Source of the DNA: a virus
Taxonomy: Duplodnaviria > Caudoviricetes
Virus record (IMG/VR): IMGVR_UViG_3300009012_000001
Coordinates: 1 to 56,988 of that record
Length of the DNA: 56,988 bases
Strand: one strand, 5' to 3'
Part shown: one piece after another, positions 17,752 to 26,950 of the stretch
How positions within the stretch are numbered: position 1 is the stretch's first letter
Layout: each line of letters starts with the position of its first letter
Made by a program: the position numbers and the translations under genes
Notes under the pieces: model-generated
Told to the model about the DNA's origin: nothing
Database searches by the model: none
What the model saw: only the letters and a program-made list of their open reading frames with translations

Positions 17752-18519
17752 ATGCGATACGGGTCCGCCGTGCGCTCCGCCGTACGCAAACAGGGGTTCG
17801 TGCCGGGGGGTCGGCCCGCGCCGCCCGACCTGTCGGCGATGGAAGGACGGCACGAAGTCGCCACCGCCCTGGTCAAGGAATGGGGGTTCAACCCATCCAA
17901 GCGCCAGCGCATCAGCGACGCCGCGCTGGAAGAATCCATCGCCCGCGCGAACATCATCTACCCGCTCGCCGTGGTCCGGCTGGAGCTGCGGACGGACGGC
18001 GGGCCCGCGTGGCTGTGCGTGGACGGCAATCGCCGCCTGCGCATCGCCCAGCGCCTCGGGCTCGCGCGCGTCCCCGTCGTGGAGGTCCCCGGCGAACGCG
18101 TCGTCGTCGAATTGAACAGCACCGGGAAGACGTGGGACACGCAGACCTGGGCGCAGTACGTGGCCCTGGTGCCCAGGGCGCTGCCGCACGTCCCCGAACA
18201 CGCCCGCCTGCAAATCGAGCGCGCCATCGTCGTGCTGGGCAAGGCCGCGTACACCACCTACGTCGTGGACAACACACTGACCGCCATCGACTACGGCGCG
18301 CGTGTGGCCGGCTACCTCGGCCGCAGCGGCGACATCGCCTTCATCCGGACGGCGGCGTTCTGGATTGCCCGGCACCGCCTGACCCGCGCCGTGGACACCG
18401 CCCTGCGCGGCGGGTTCCGCAAGGACGCGCTCGCGGAGGCCATCGCCGCCGACACGCCCATCGCCGTCTTCGCCGCAGACACGCACGATGACCCCGTCAA
18501 ACTCCACGGAGGGCGGTGA
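17752..18519 (+). CDS. ParB/Srx N-terminal domain protein
   Basis: LEESI..IIYPLAV..CVDGNRRLRIA..LGL..VPV. Confidence 0.7.
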   Translation: MRYGSAVRSAVRKQGFVPGGRPAPPDLSAMEGRHEVATALVKEWGFNPSKRQRISDAALEESIARANIIYPLAVVRLELRTDGGPAWLCVDGNRRLRIAQRLGLARVPVVEVPGERVVVELNSTGKTWDTQTWAQYVALVPRALPHVPEHARLQIERAIVVLGKAAYTTYVVDNTLTAIDYGARVAGYLGRSGDIAFIRTAAFWIARHRLTRAVDTALRGGFRKDALAEAIAADTPIAVFAADTHDDPVKLHGGR

Positions 18520-18944
18520 CCATGGACGCGACCGCGACCGGCATCAGGATTTGGCTGTACGAACGCCAGAACAGCAAGCGCCCGTTCCGCGACGTGGCGT
18601 TCCCGACGTGGGCGGACGCACCGTTCGCCACGTACCAGTTCACCGGCCCGCAGAGAACGGCGGGCTGGGTCATCGACGCGGAAGGAAAGCGGTGGTTCTG
18701 GCGCGACCGCCCGTACGAGAAGAAACGGTCCGCACGGCGGCCCGACGTGAAGCGGTTCGCGTTATGGCTGCGCCCGTGGCAACGGGCGCTGTTGCTGCGC
18801 GTCATCGACGCCGCGTTGGTGGATGTGCATGACGGCGCGCTAGTGGACGCTGTGTTGCCTCCCGCCGAACGGGAATGGCTGGAGCACGCCCGCGCCATCG
18901 TCGCGGGGACCACGGCCGAGGAAGGCGCGGAAGACGACACATGA
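18516..18944 (+). CDS. Hypothetical protein
   Basis: GTGA coupling and RBS. Confidence 0.55.
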   Translation: MTMDATATGIRIWLYERQNSKRPFRDVAFPTWADAPFATYQFTGPQRTAGWVIDAEGKRWFWRDRPYEKKRSARRPDVKRFALWLRPWQRALLLRVIDAALVDVHDGALVDAVLPPAEREWLEHARAIVAGTTAEEGAEDDT

Positions 18945-19213
18945 CCCGCTTGGACGCCCTCAAAGCCCGCTTGGCGGTCGTCCTCGCTGAAGATAAGGAA
19001 GGTGTGGCTGTGAGTCCAGAGTGTCCATATTCTGATGCGGAATTGGACTTACTCGACCATGCCCGCGAGGACATCGAGCGGCTGGTGGCGGTGGTGGAAA
19101 CGGCACAGGCTTTGACCAAAATACCGGAGAGCGAAATGTCACTCCGTGATTTCAAGGAAGACCGATTGATGGATGCCCTCGCCTACTGGCTGGAACCGGA
19201 GGAGCAGGGATGA
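18941..19213 (+). CDS. Hypothetical protein
   Basis: ATGA coupling; DAELDLLDHAREDIERLV. Confidence 0.6.
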   Translation: MTRLDALKARLAVVLAEDKEGVAVSPECPYSDAELDLLDHAREDIERLVAVVETAQALTKIPESEMSLRDFKEDRLMDALAYWLEPEEQG

Positions 19214-19602
19214 ACAAGATGGATTTGGAAACGTGGCGACAACAGGAAGCAGACCTCGCCACCCTCCGCGCCGAGTTGGATGCGAAGACCGCTGAGGCCG
19301 TGCGGTTGCGGGAGGCCGCATTAGACGTGGTGACGGTGCATGCTGATGTGGTCGGCGACAATCCTGGTGGAGCGATTGGAAGACTTCATGCAGCCCTCTC
19401 CTCCATGCCTGCCACCCAGAAGGAAGTCGAACGGGTGCGGGCGATGGAACGGATAGCGGAGGCAGCGAAGGAAGTCCGTGCGTGGGGTGTCGCGTTCAGC
19501 GACTCCAGGCTAGAGTACGATGAAGTGCAAGTCACAAAAGCGGCAGTGAAGGAACTGGACGATGCCCTCGCCGCCTACGAGCATCTATCGGACAAGCGAT
19601 GA
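19210..19602 (+). CDS. Hypothetical coiled-coil protein
   Basis: ATGA coupling; GGAGGAG RBS. Confidence 0.6.
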   Translation: MNKMDLETWRQQEADLATLRAELDAKTAEAVRLREAALDVVTVHADVVGDNPGGAIGRLHAALSSMPATQKEVERVRAMERIAEAAKEVRAWGVAFSDSRLEYDEVQVTKAAVKELDDALAAYEHLSDKR

Positions 19603-20015
19603 CCACACAAACTGAACTGGCATGGCTAGCAGGATTCGCAGATGGCGAAGGGAGCATTCAAATCAACTACAATCGGGCGCGAGATTTCTACGCCCTACGG
19701 TTCACGCTCACGCAAAAAGACCAAACCGTACTCATCAATATCCAGAACCAATTCGGTGGAGTGTTGGCGATTTCTGGCAAAGGTCCCCACGTCTGGTATC
19801 GTTTGGTCTGGAGTACGCGCCAAGCTGCTGAACTCTTGCGGTTATTGATGCCGTTCCTTGTCGTGAAGCGCACACAGGCGGAATTGGCGTTGCGGTTCCA
19901 AGAAGTATCTGGACGACAGCGTAAGTGGGCACGCGCATCACCCGAAAGACGAAAGATGATGCGACAAATGGCTGAGGAGATGAAGGACCTCAGACGCGAG
20001 CAGGTGGTCAAGTGA
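19599..20015 (+). CDS. Free-standing single-motif LAGLIDADG endonuclease
   Basis: LAWLAGFADGEGSI, TQKD, FGG, PFLVVKRTQA. Confidence 0.88.
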   Translation: MTTQTELAWLAGFADGEGSIQINYNRARDFYALRFTLTQKDQTVLINIQNQFGGVLAISGKGPHVWYRLVWSTRQAAELLRLLMPFLVVKRTQAELALRFQEVSGRQRKWARASPERRKMMRQMAEEMKDLRREQVVK

Positions 20016-20278
20016 TTGGCACCCCGCCCGTCCCGCTGCGGTTGATGTTGAAAGCCGCGCTGCGGCAGAAGGCCACGCACCTCCGCTGGTTCCTGCGCGA
20101 CGCCCTCTTTGACGCAGCATTCGCCCGCCGCCACCTGCTGGACCTGGACCCCGCCGCCGCGCGCGCCTACCTGCGCTGGCGGGCCATGCGCGACGCGTGG
20201 GTCAGGGCGGGCTGCCCCGCCCCGCCGCCCTGGTCCATGCTGGACTGGGGTTGGCACAGGGTTCTACCTGTGCTATAA
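20012..20278 (+). CDS. Hypothetical protein
   Basis: GTGA coupling. Confidence 0.45.
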   Translation: MIGTPPVPLRLMLKAALRQKATHLRWFLRDALFDAAFARRHLLDLDPAAARAYLRWRAMRDAWVRAGCPAPPPWSMLDWGWHRVLPVL

Positions 20279-20307
20279 TGATAGCGTAGGTAGATTCCCA
20301 GGGGAGG
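20251..20307 (+). promoter_or_regulatory. Promoter cassette with TTCTACC motif
   Basis: TTGGCA-N17-TATAAT; TTCTACC-N20-GGTAGAT; CCCAGGGGAGG. Confidence 0.8.
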
Positions 20308-20315
20308 CGAGACGG

Positions 20316-20522
20316 ATGTACGTCAGCCCGAATTTCAAGACGAAGAAGCAGTTGAAGGAAGCCCTCGCTACAGGACACCGCGTTGAAGTGTTCTCGCCAG
20401 GCCCGTTCCCAGCAAAGCAAGACGGCGAGGAAACGGTCGAAGGCCCGCATTTCCCGCAGCCCCACACATGGTACGCGCGGGTGTTGGTGGAACACGGCCG
20501 CGTGGTCAAGGTGCTCGCATGA
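20316..20522 (+). CDS. Small phage protein
   Basis: MYVSPNFKTKKQLKEA..EGPHFPQPHTWYA; strong RBS. Confidence 0.75.
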   Translation: MYVSPNFKTKKQLKEALATGHRVEVFSPGPFPAKQDGEETVEGPHFPQPHTWYARVLVEHGRVVKVLA

Positions 20523-20749
20523 GCCCCACCCAGGACGCGGCCAAGCGGATGCACGCGGCGTCGGATTTCGCGCGGAGCCTGCGCGGCAAACGCGCGGCGG
20601 TGCGTGCCACGGCAGATAAGGACGGCGTCAAGCGGTACGAGTTCGGCCTGATGGACGCGGCGGGCAAGTTCGTGCCGTTGGCCAGCGGGCCGACGTGGGA
20701 AGAGGCGGAACGCGCGCTGGTGCTGGCCACGAAGGAGCCTCGACGATGA
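20519..20749 (+). CDS. Hypothetical protein
   Basis: ATGA coupling. Confidence 0.55.
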   Translation: MSPTQDAAKRMHAASDFARSLRGKRAAVRATADKDGVKRYEFGLMDAAGKFVPLASGPTWEEAERALVLATKEPRR

Positions 20750-20928
20750 CACACCTCGACACGATGTTCGAAACTTGGCGAACCCTCGGCGAGAAGCCAT
20801 GTACCTGCGGTCATCGGCTGGAACATCATGCCCGCGGCGGCTGCTTGGTCAGTTACTGCCGCTGCGAATCGTTCACGTTGGCGGAAGGCGACCCCGTGTC
20901 CATCCAAGAGGAAATCGACCGTGCCTAA
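20746..20928 (+). CDS. Small Cys/His zinc-binding protein
   Basis: CTCGHRLEHH..C....CRC. Confidence 0.6.
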   Translation: MTHLDTMFETWRTLGEKPCTCGHRLEHHARGGCLVSYCRCESFTLAEGDPVSIQEEIDRA

Positions 20929-20951
20929 CGCCTGGATTCGAACGCCACCCG

Positions 20952-20981
20952 TTGACGGGCAGCCTTCTACTAAGGTAGAAT
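20952..20981 (+). promoter_or_regulatory. Promoter of the beta-barrel gene, with palindrome
   Basis: TTGACG-N18-TAGAAT; TTCTAC-N4-GTAGAA overlaps the -10. Confidence 0.65.
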
Positions 20982-21014
20982 CGGTAGGCACGTAACTTTC
21001 CGGGGGAGGACTCC

Positions 21015-21584
21015 ATGAGGAAAACGCAATGGTTCGCGATGGTCTTGGCGCTGGCCGTGTCGGCGTCGTTCGCGCCCCAGGCCGCAGCCGCGCAGGCGGC
21101 TGGGGTGAAGGGCGAATCCAGTTTCGAGGTCTTGGTCCCGTTCACGTCTGGTGGCAGCGAGGTGGACTTCACGCTCCGCTACCGCGCCACGCCATCCTGG
21201 GCGTTGGGCATCGGGCTGGCGGCGTTTAGCGGCGGCGGCATCACGGGCCGAGCGTTCGGCGTCGGCGCCGCGTATTACCCCGCCACGGCCAGCCCGACGG
21301 TCGAACCGTACCTGTTCGGCGAGTTCGTGTCGCTGTCGGCCAGCAGCGGGACGGCGAGCGGCAGCGCCAGCGGCATCGTCCTGGGCGTCGGCGCGTCCCG
21401 GAAGACCAACGAGCAGGTGACGTTCCGCGGCAGCCTCGGCTGGGCGAGCATCGGCGGCGCGTCGGAACTCGTCTACACCGCCGGGTTGGACTACGCGTTC
21501 GCCCGCAACGAATACGTGACGCTGGGCGTCACCGGGGGCGGCGGGTCCAGCGCGTTCTTCGCGGGGCTGGGGTTCAAGTTCTAG
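21015..21584 (+). CDS. Outer-membrane beta-barrel protein with signal peptide
   Basis: Sec signal ending in an Ala-rich cleavage region, alternating amphipathic strands, terminal beta-signal AGLGFKF. Confidence 0.8.
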   Translation: MRKTQWFAMVLALAVSASFAPQAAAAQAAGVKGESSFEVLVPFTSGGSEVDFTLRYRATPSWALGIGLAAFSGGGITGRAFGVGAAYYPATASPTVEPYLFGEFVSLSASSGTASGSASGIVLGVGASRKTNEQVTFRGSLGWASIGGASELVYTAGLDYAFARNEYVTLGVTGGGGSSAFFAGLGFKF

Positions 21585-21586
21585 CC

Positions 21587-21799
21587 ATGGCGAGTTTGGC
21601 CGGGCAGGACGCAATCGGTGGACGCGCTCACGCGGGCGCGAACGGACAGTTCGACTCTCCCGTCCGGCAAGCCCGGCCATCGCTTCCCTTCACGGTCTGC
21701 GGCAGTTGCGGCCACACGCGCGCGGAGCACGTCACGCCGACGTGGTGCGCGGCCGACGGCGACCGCTGCACCTGCGGAGCGTATGAGGAGCAACCATGA
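21587..21799 (+). CDS. Small Cys/His zinc-binding protein (same motif as 20746-20928)
   Basis: CGSCGHTRAEH..C..CTC. Confidence 0.55.
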   Translation: MASLAGQDAIGGRAHAGANGQFDSPVRQARPSLPFTVCGSCGHTRAEHVTPTWCAADGDRCTCGAYEEQP

Positions 21800-21847
21800 A
21801 ACGGTTGCGCGCGATTTGGCGATTCCTTCGCGGCTGGTGGTTGGTCT

Positions 21848-22897
21848 ATGAATGGGACCGATACGAAAACTGGATTGCCTATTCATCCCATGGGAATGGA
21901 CGTCATGCCTAGTAAGACAGCACCACGCGGCGCACCTGCGTTGCAGGCACCGTTGCTGCCCGTCGAGGCTGCGTCCTCGGAAGAAGCCGAAGACAAGGCC
22001 TTGGCCACCGCCTTCGCGGGCGGCCAGGAATTCGCCGAATCGTACCTCTACTGCTACCGCGACGAGCGATTGAACAAACTGGTCGTCGGCCCGAACGTCG
22101 ATTTCGTGCGGCAGTTGGTGGACCGCGTCGTGAACCGTGCCGGCCGCGCGGACCTGGACATTTCCGAGCAGCAGCCCGTCGTCGAACACTTCCAGCGGGA
22201 GGGGAAAGCTTGGGTGCGCGTCGTGACCTGCGCCGTCGACCGGAAGACGGACAAACGGAAATGGGCGGTCGTGGAGGAACCCTACGTCAATCGCCACACG
22301 GCCTACGCCGCGCTGCAGAAGGCGGAACGGCGCGCGCTGGAGGGTCACCAAGCCTACGACCGCAAGCGCGTGGCCCGCGAAATCCAGCGGATGCTGCGGC
22401 GGTCCGGTCTGGACCCAACGGACTTCGTCGTCGCCGGCAGCATGGGCCGCAGCGAATGGGCCGCGTTGTTCGCGCGCGCCCGGGCGAACGGTGTGGCGCC
22501 GGAGGCGGTGCGGGCGGCAGTGCGGGACAAGGTGGGCAAAGGGTTATCGGAATTGGGCAATCCGGAAGAGGTCGCGGCGGCCGCAGCGGCCGTGGATGCG
22601 CTCGTGGCCACGGTGGCGGCGGACCAGCAATCCCCTGGGGAAAGCCGCGCCGAGGCGGGGGCTCCACCCCCCAACGACGCGGACCGGCTGCTCGCGGTCT
22701 GCCGCGACTATATCGCCAAATTAGGCCTCGCGCGGGAGTCGACCGCGTGGCTGTGGGCGCGCGTGGGCAGCCCCCAGAAGACGGTGGGGGACTATTCGCG
22801 GATGGCGCGCGCCCTGCAGTACCTCGCCGTCGGCTACACCAAAGAACGCGCGGTCGAGCATGCGATATTGGAAGTGCCGCGGACGGTGGCGCCGTGA
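21848..22897 (+). CDS. Hypothetical protein (possibly recombination or annealing related)
   Basis: Long ORF with phage-like codon use; AYAALQKAERRA; function not established. Confidence 0.6.
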   Translation: MNGTDTKTGLPIHPMGMDVMPSKTAPRGAPALQAPLLPVEAASSEEAEDKALATAFAGGQEFAESYLYCYRDERLNKLVVGPNVDFVRQLVDRVVNRAGRADLDISEQQPVVEHFQREGKAWVRVVTCAVDRKTDKRKWAVVEEPYVNRHTAYAALQKAERRALEGHQAYDRKRVAREIQRMLRRSGLDPTDFVVAGSMGRSEWAALFARARANGVAPEAVRAAVRDKVGKGLSELGNPEEVAAAAAAVDALVATVAADQQSPGESRAEAGAPPPNDADRLLAVCRDYIAKLGLARESTAWLWARVGSPQKTVGDYSRMARALQYLAVGYTKERAVEHAILEVPRTVAP

Positions 22898-23058
22898 ACG
22901 GGTTCAAGGGCTTGACGGGCGCGCTGCGCGCGGAGGTCCTGCTGGACGAAGCGGACGCGCTCGCGGCCAACATCGCCGCGGCGGACCGGGACGACCTGCC
23001 GGGCATCCAGGCGCGGCTGCAGGACATCATCGGCGAACTGCGGGGGATGGTCGCATGA
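22894..23058 (+). CDS. Small hypothetical protein
   Basis: GTGA/ATGA coupling on both sides. Confidence 0.5.
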   Translation: MNGFKGLTGALRAEVLLDEADALAANIAAADRDDLPGIQARLQDIIGELRGMVA

Positions 23059-23468
23059 ACCCGAAACCGAAATTCGAGAAGATGGAAGCGGTGGTGCGGG
23101 GCGACGCGGCGTTGCGGTTCCGGTATTTCAGCGCGGATGGCACACGCCAATGCGTCATCGGCGGGCTGGTGGCGGCGATGCCGCGGTCCGCGCGCCTGCG
23201 GCGGCTATTGAGCGGGGTCCAGGCCGATGGCGTGTCGATTCGGGCCATGGAGTTGCGCGACGCGCGGCGGCGGTTGGAACGATTCTACGGCGTGGGGGAC
23301 GGCGTGCTCGTCGACTTGCAATACATCAACGACAACATCCCCCGGCTGGCGGCGCGTCGGCGATTCCTGCTGCGGTTCCTCGCCTTGTTGGCGAAAGGCG
23401 GGGACTCGAACGCCGCCTATACGCAGACGCGCGTGGAAGCCGTGGGCCAGGGCGCGTGGAAAACGTGA
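23055..23468 (+). CDS. Hypothetical protein
   Basis: ATGA coupling; CVIGGL..LQYINDN. Confidence 0.6.
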   Translation: MNPKPKFEKMEAVVRGDAALRFRYFSADGTRQCVIGGLVAAMPRSARLRRLLSGVQADGVSIRAMELRDARRRLERFYGVGDGVLVDLQYINDNIPRLAARRRFLLRFLALLAKGGDSNAAYTQTRVEAVGQGAWKT

Positions 23469-23734
23469 CGGCGCGCAACAACGGCGGGCCGACGCGGCGG
23501 CAGCGCGAGGTCCTGCGCGCCATCCGGGACCACCTCCGGGCCAACGGTTACCCGCCGACGGTGCGCGAACTGTCGCGGATGCTCGGCCTGCGGTCCACGG
23601 CGACGACGCAACAACACCTCGTCGCGCTCGCGCGCAAGGGCTACTTGGAGCACGACCCCGTGAAGGCGCGGGCGTTGCGGGTGGTCTGGCAGGACCCAGA
23701 CGCCCCTGGAGTCGTGGGGGAAGCAGGGTCTTGA
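23465..23734 (+). CDS. LexA N-terminal DNA-binding domain only
   Basis: TRRQREVLRAI..NGYPPTVREL..LGLRSTATTQQHLVALARKGYL..KARAL; no S24 peptidase domain. Confidence 0.85.
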   Translation: MTARNNGGPTRRQREVLRAIRDHLRANGYPPTVRELSRMLGLRSTATTQQHLVALARKGYLEHDPVKARALRVVWQDPDAPGVVGEAGS

Positions 23735-23770
23735 CAAGGGTGGTAGAATCATAGCGGAGGTAGAAACGCG

Positions 23771-24265
23771 ATGGGTGACGCCGTGGACGAAAAACGCACC
23801 GAGTCATTGCCGGACGCGTTGGACATCCCGAAAGTGAAGGACCTGCCCGCGCCGCATTTCTCCATGAGGGCCGGGAAACAGTACGTGGACTGGAAGGACC
23901 CCCACAACGCGGCGTTCATGCCAGTGCTGCAACGCATGCGGGCGCGGTATGGGAGCGAACGGGAGATGTTGAAAGCGGTGACCACCCACTGGAAGTTGCC
24001 GACGTCGAGCGCGGTCCAAAACGCTTATTACACGTGGAAAAAGACTGGGTCCCCATCCGGGAAATGGCCGTCCGACAATGGCGAGCGTCGCTCCTCCGCG
24101 CGGAAAGCGCCGAAGTTCGCGGACGTGGCGGCGGCGTCTTCTGACGCGGTCGTGGCGCCCTACGGGTCGGACGGGTCGGTGCTCATCGTCGCGACGGTGG
24201 ACGGGGTGCGACGGACGTACATCGGCTATCCCGCCGACGTCACCGTGAGAGGGAAACAGGGATGA
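23771..24265 (+). CDS. Hypothetical protein
   Basis: GGAGG RBS after an extended -10 TGGTAGAAT. Confidence 0.6.
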   Translation: MGDAVDEKRTESLPDALDIPKVKDLPAPHFSMRAGKQYVDWKDPHNAAFMPVLQRMRARYGSEREMLKAVTTHWKLPTSSAVQNAYYTWKKTGSPSGKWPSDNGERRSSARKAPKFADVAAASSDAVVAPYGSDGSVLIVATVDGVRRTYIGYPADVTVRGKQG

Positions 24266-24735
24266 CCGTCGCGGAACGTTTTTGGACGAAAGTCGAACGG
24301 CACGGAGCGAATGCGTGCTGGTTATGGCATGGCGCGGTGATGAGCAAGGGATATGGGGAATTGAATCTTGACGGCCGCCCGACGCTCGCCCATCGCCTAT
24401 CGTTCATGTTGCACGGAGGCATCGTGCTTCCGGGATTTTTCGTATGCCATACTTGCGACAACAGGCTGTGCGTCAATCCTAGACATTTGTTCCTCGGCAC
24501 CGTCGCCCACAACCAAGCGGACATGGCGGCAAAAGGCAGAAGTGCCAATGGAGAACACCACCCACAAGCGAGGTTGACGTGGGAGATGGTCCGCAGCATT
24601 CGGGCAGCGGCGGCGACGGGGAGAACCTCGCGCACGATTGCTCTCCAATTCGGATTGCCAGCGAATGGCCGACATGTCCGAAGAATCGTCGCGGGCACTA
24701 TTTGGAAAGAGAGGAGCCACACATGCCTGGGTTGA
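24262..24735 (+). CDS. HNH endonuclease with a C-terminal HTH-like region
   Basis: RFWTKV, CWLWHGA, AHRLSF, CHTCDNRLCVNPRHL..GT..N..DM..KGR. Confidence 0.88.
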   Translation: MTVAERFWTKVERHGANACWLWHGAVMSKGYGELNLDGRPTLAHRLSFMLHGGIVLPGFFVCHTCDNRLCVNPRHLFLGTVAHNQADMAAKGRSANGEHHPQARLTWEMVRSIRAAAATGRTSRTIALQFGLPANGRHVRRIVAGTIWKERSHTCLG

Positions 24736-25010
24736 CGGATTACCCATTGAAGTACGCTGCTTGTCGCGATTTAGGACATAACTGGTGGTATTTGGAATGG
24801 CGCAACGGCACGCGCACAGTGCGGTGCAACCAATGCACGACCGAACGCAAGGACACGTTGAACAACGCCTTTCGCGTCCAGAAACGGCGCTACAACTACC
24901 CGAAGGGCTACACGGTCAGCGGGCGATTGCGCATCGAGGCCGCGCTGGAGGTGCGGGCGCGCCTCGCGCGGCTGGCCAAGACGCAGCACATCCGGTGGGC
25001 CGGGGCATGA
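24723..25010 (+). CDS. Zinc-binding phage protein
   Basis: CRDLGHNW..CNQCTTERKD..YNYPKGY. Confidence 0.65.
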   Translation: MPGLTDYPLKYAACRDLGHNWWYLEWRNGTRTVRCNQCTTERKDTLNNAFRVQKRRYNYPKGYTVSGRLRIEAALEVRARLARLAKTQHIRWAGA

Positions 25011-25363
25011 ACACTATCACGGCGGACATCCAGACACTCCTCGTCGTCATCCGCGACAACCGAACCAAGCACCGCGCCGTCTTCGAGGAAGCCCTGGAGG
25101 GATTCCGGGCCAAGGCCGTCGAGGAATTGGACCGCATCGTCGCGGACCTGCGGGCCGGGCGGATGCCAGCGCACCTGTACGTGTCCTGGCCGCGGCCGGA
25201 AGACCATACCAAGGATTACGACCGCGTCATCCGGATGCTCACGATGCACACTGGACCGACCATCGACATGACAGAATCGGATTTCGCCATGTACGTCATG
25301 GACGACTGGGCATGGAAGGCGCAGTTCATGGCCACGGCGTCCAACTACACGAGGACGGCGTGA
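25007..25363 (+). CDS. Phage hypothetical protein
   Basis: NRTKH..PEDHTKDYDRVIRML..YVMDDWAWK. Confidence 0.7.
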   Translation: MNTITADIQTLLVVIRDNRTKHRAVFEEALEGFRAKAVEELDRIVADLRAGRMPAHLYVSWPRPEDHTKDYDRVIRMLTMHTGPTIDMTESDFAMYVMDDWAWKAQFMATASNYTRTA

Positions 25364-25385
25364 ACGAAGACAAGGTCAACCGCTG

Positions 25386-25574
25386 GTGGGCTGGGGCGTG
25401 AATTGGCTGTTGCTGTCCCGCGTGATGATGCTCGTGGCGTTTGGCATGTTGGTGGGCGTGACGGCACACGAACGCCAAGTGGTCGCGGCCGTGGTGTTAG
25501 TGGCGGCGTGGACGTTCACGGTGGTTGCGGTGGCGTTCCATTTGGGCGCCACCGACAAGGGGGCGAAACGGTGA
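25386..25574 (+). CDS. Small membrane protein
   Basis: Two hydrophobic segments; start uncertain. Confidence 0.45.
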   Translation: MGWGVNWLLLSRVMMLVAFGMLVGVTAHERQVVAAVVLVAAWTFTVVAVAFHLGATDKGAKR

Positions 25575-25876
25575 AGACCAAGGAAGACCGGATGGCCGAA
25601 CGCGGCGCGAAGTTCCTGGACCGTCGCATCCCGCACTGGCGGAAACTCGTCGTGCGGGCGGACTTCAACATCGGCGATGGCGAGTTCTGCATCCTGGGCC
25701 ATATCTTTGGGCGGGCGCCCACGGACACCCTCACGGCACCGTTGTACGGATATGAACGGGGGCTCCGGGCGTTGGGATTGACGGAGCGCGCGGCGGAAAC
25801 GCTGGGATTCCAACCGGACGGGGACGAGGACGGCCTGCAGCGCGCCTGGCGGCGGCTCCTGCGGAGGCGGGGCTGA
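25571..25876 (+). CDS. Phage hypothetical protein (paralog of 13547-13837)
   Basis: RGAKFLD..PHW..CILGHIFG..LGL..LGF..AW. Confidence 0.65.
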   Translation: MKTKEDRMAERGAKFLDRRIPHWRKLVVRADFNIGDGEFCILGHIFGRAPTDTLTAPLYGYERGLRALGLTERAAETLGFQPDGDEDGLQRAWRRLLRRRG

Positions 25877-26127
25877 TGTGGGACGCCATCGCGAAGTGCG
25901 ACGCCATCGTCGGGGACTACGTGCAGCGCCTTGACCCCGTGCTCGTCTACGCCAAGAACCTGCCGTTCCTCTGCACGCAGCAATACCTGGGCCAGCGCAC
26001 GCTATGGGTGGCGCTAGCCATCCTCGGTATCGCATTGGTTGGTGTGACGTGGGCGCTGGTATGGATGGACGTGACCAACCAGCGGACGGAACGGGACCGA
26101 CAACTCGGGCATCCGAGTGTTCGGTAA
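25876..26127 (+). CDS. Membrane protein
   Basis: TGATG coupling; one TM helix. Confidence 0.55.
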   Translation: MWDAIAKCDAIVGDYVQRLDPVLVYAKNLPFLCTQQYLGQRTLWVALAILGIALVGVTWALVWMDVTNQRTERDRQLGHPSVR

Positions 26128-26170
26128 TGTGCCGCTAATGATAGTTAGGGGTACATGAAAAGAGGGGGGA

Positions 26171-26398
26171 ATGGAGATGCTGGGCAAACTGTTCGAGTTC
26201 GCCATCCTGCACCACAGCCAGCCGACCAAGGCGGAGGAAGAGGCGGGCAAGAAGCCCATGACCACCGTGCTGGTGGACCCGAAGCGCATCGTCGCCGCCG
26301 ACGACAGCAAGGCGCTGCTCATCGCCGCGCGGGAAATCCCGCAAGAATACCTGGACGGGCGGCTGGACGAAATTGAGGTCATCATCCGGCCTTTCTGA
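26171..26398 (+). CDS. Small phage protein ending RPF, with a possible -1 frameshift extension to 26664
   Basis: KLFEFAILHH..AAREIP..IEVIIRPF; the -1 frame stays open to 26664. Confidence 0.75.
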   Translation: MEMLGKLFEFAILHHSQPTKAEEEAGKKPMTTVLVDPKRIVAADDSKALLIAAREIPQEYLDGRLDEIEVIIRPF

Positions 26399-26724
26399 AG
26401 GCGCCTCTCCCGGTCCCGCAAGGGAAACGGGCGGAGGCGAAGCCGACGATAGGGGAAGAGCCGTCCGTGCGGGAATTGCTGAAGTCCCAACCGAACTTCC
26501 CGCAAAGGCGGAAACAATACCAACCCGCGTGGTCGATGTCGGACTCGTCAACATCGGCCTTCACGAATTTGGCGGTTACGGCGGGCAGCACGGCATCGAG
26601 CACGTCCTACCGCGGCGCGACATTGTCCGACGCCGTGACGGGAGGTGACACGCCGCACGGATAGGCGGCATCTGGCACGCGGCACCACCCATCCGCACGA
26701 CCCGACAAGGGGAGGGGAACCCAG

Positions 26725-26943
26725 ATGAAGACAGGACGGCTCATCGTACTCGACCGCAGCGGGCACACCACGGTGGAATACAACCGCGCTGACCCTGCGG
26801 ACGTGGCGCGCGCGGACAAGGTCCTGGCCGACGCGCTCGCCCAGGGGCGCCTCGCCTACCGCGAGGACACCCAACAGGTCGTCAGGACCATCGACCCGGA
26901 GGCGGAGGAAATCGTAGTCCTGCCGCGGCTGGTGGGCGGGTAA
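26725..26943 (+). CDS. Small protein with C-terminal di-glycine (putative ubiquitin-like)
   Basis: 72 aa ending EIVVLPRLVGG-stop, a ThiS/MoaD-type tail; strong RBS. Confidence 0.7.
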   Translation: MKTGRLIVLDRSGHTTVEYNRADPADVARADKVLADALAQGRLAYREDTQQVVRTIDPEAEEIVVLPRLVGG

Positions 26944-26950
26944 ACAGTCT

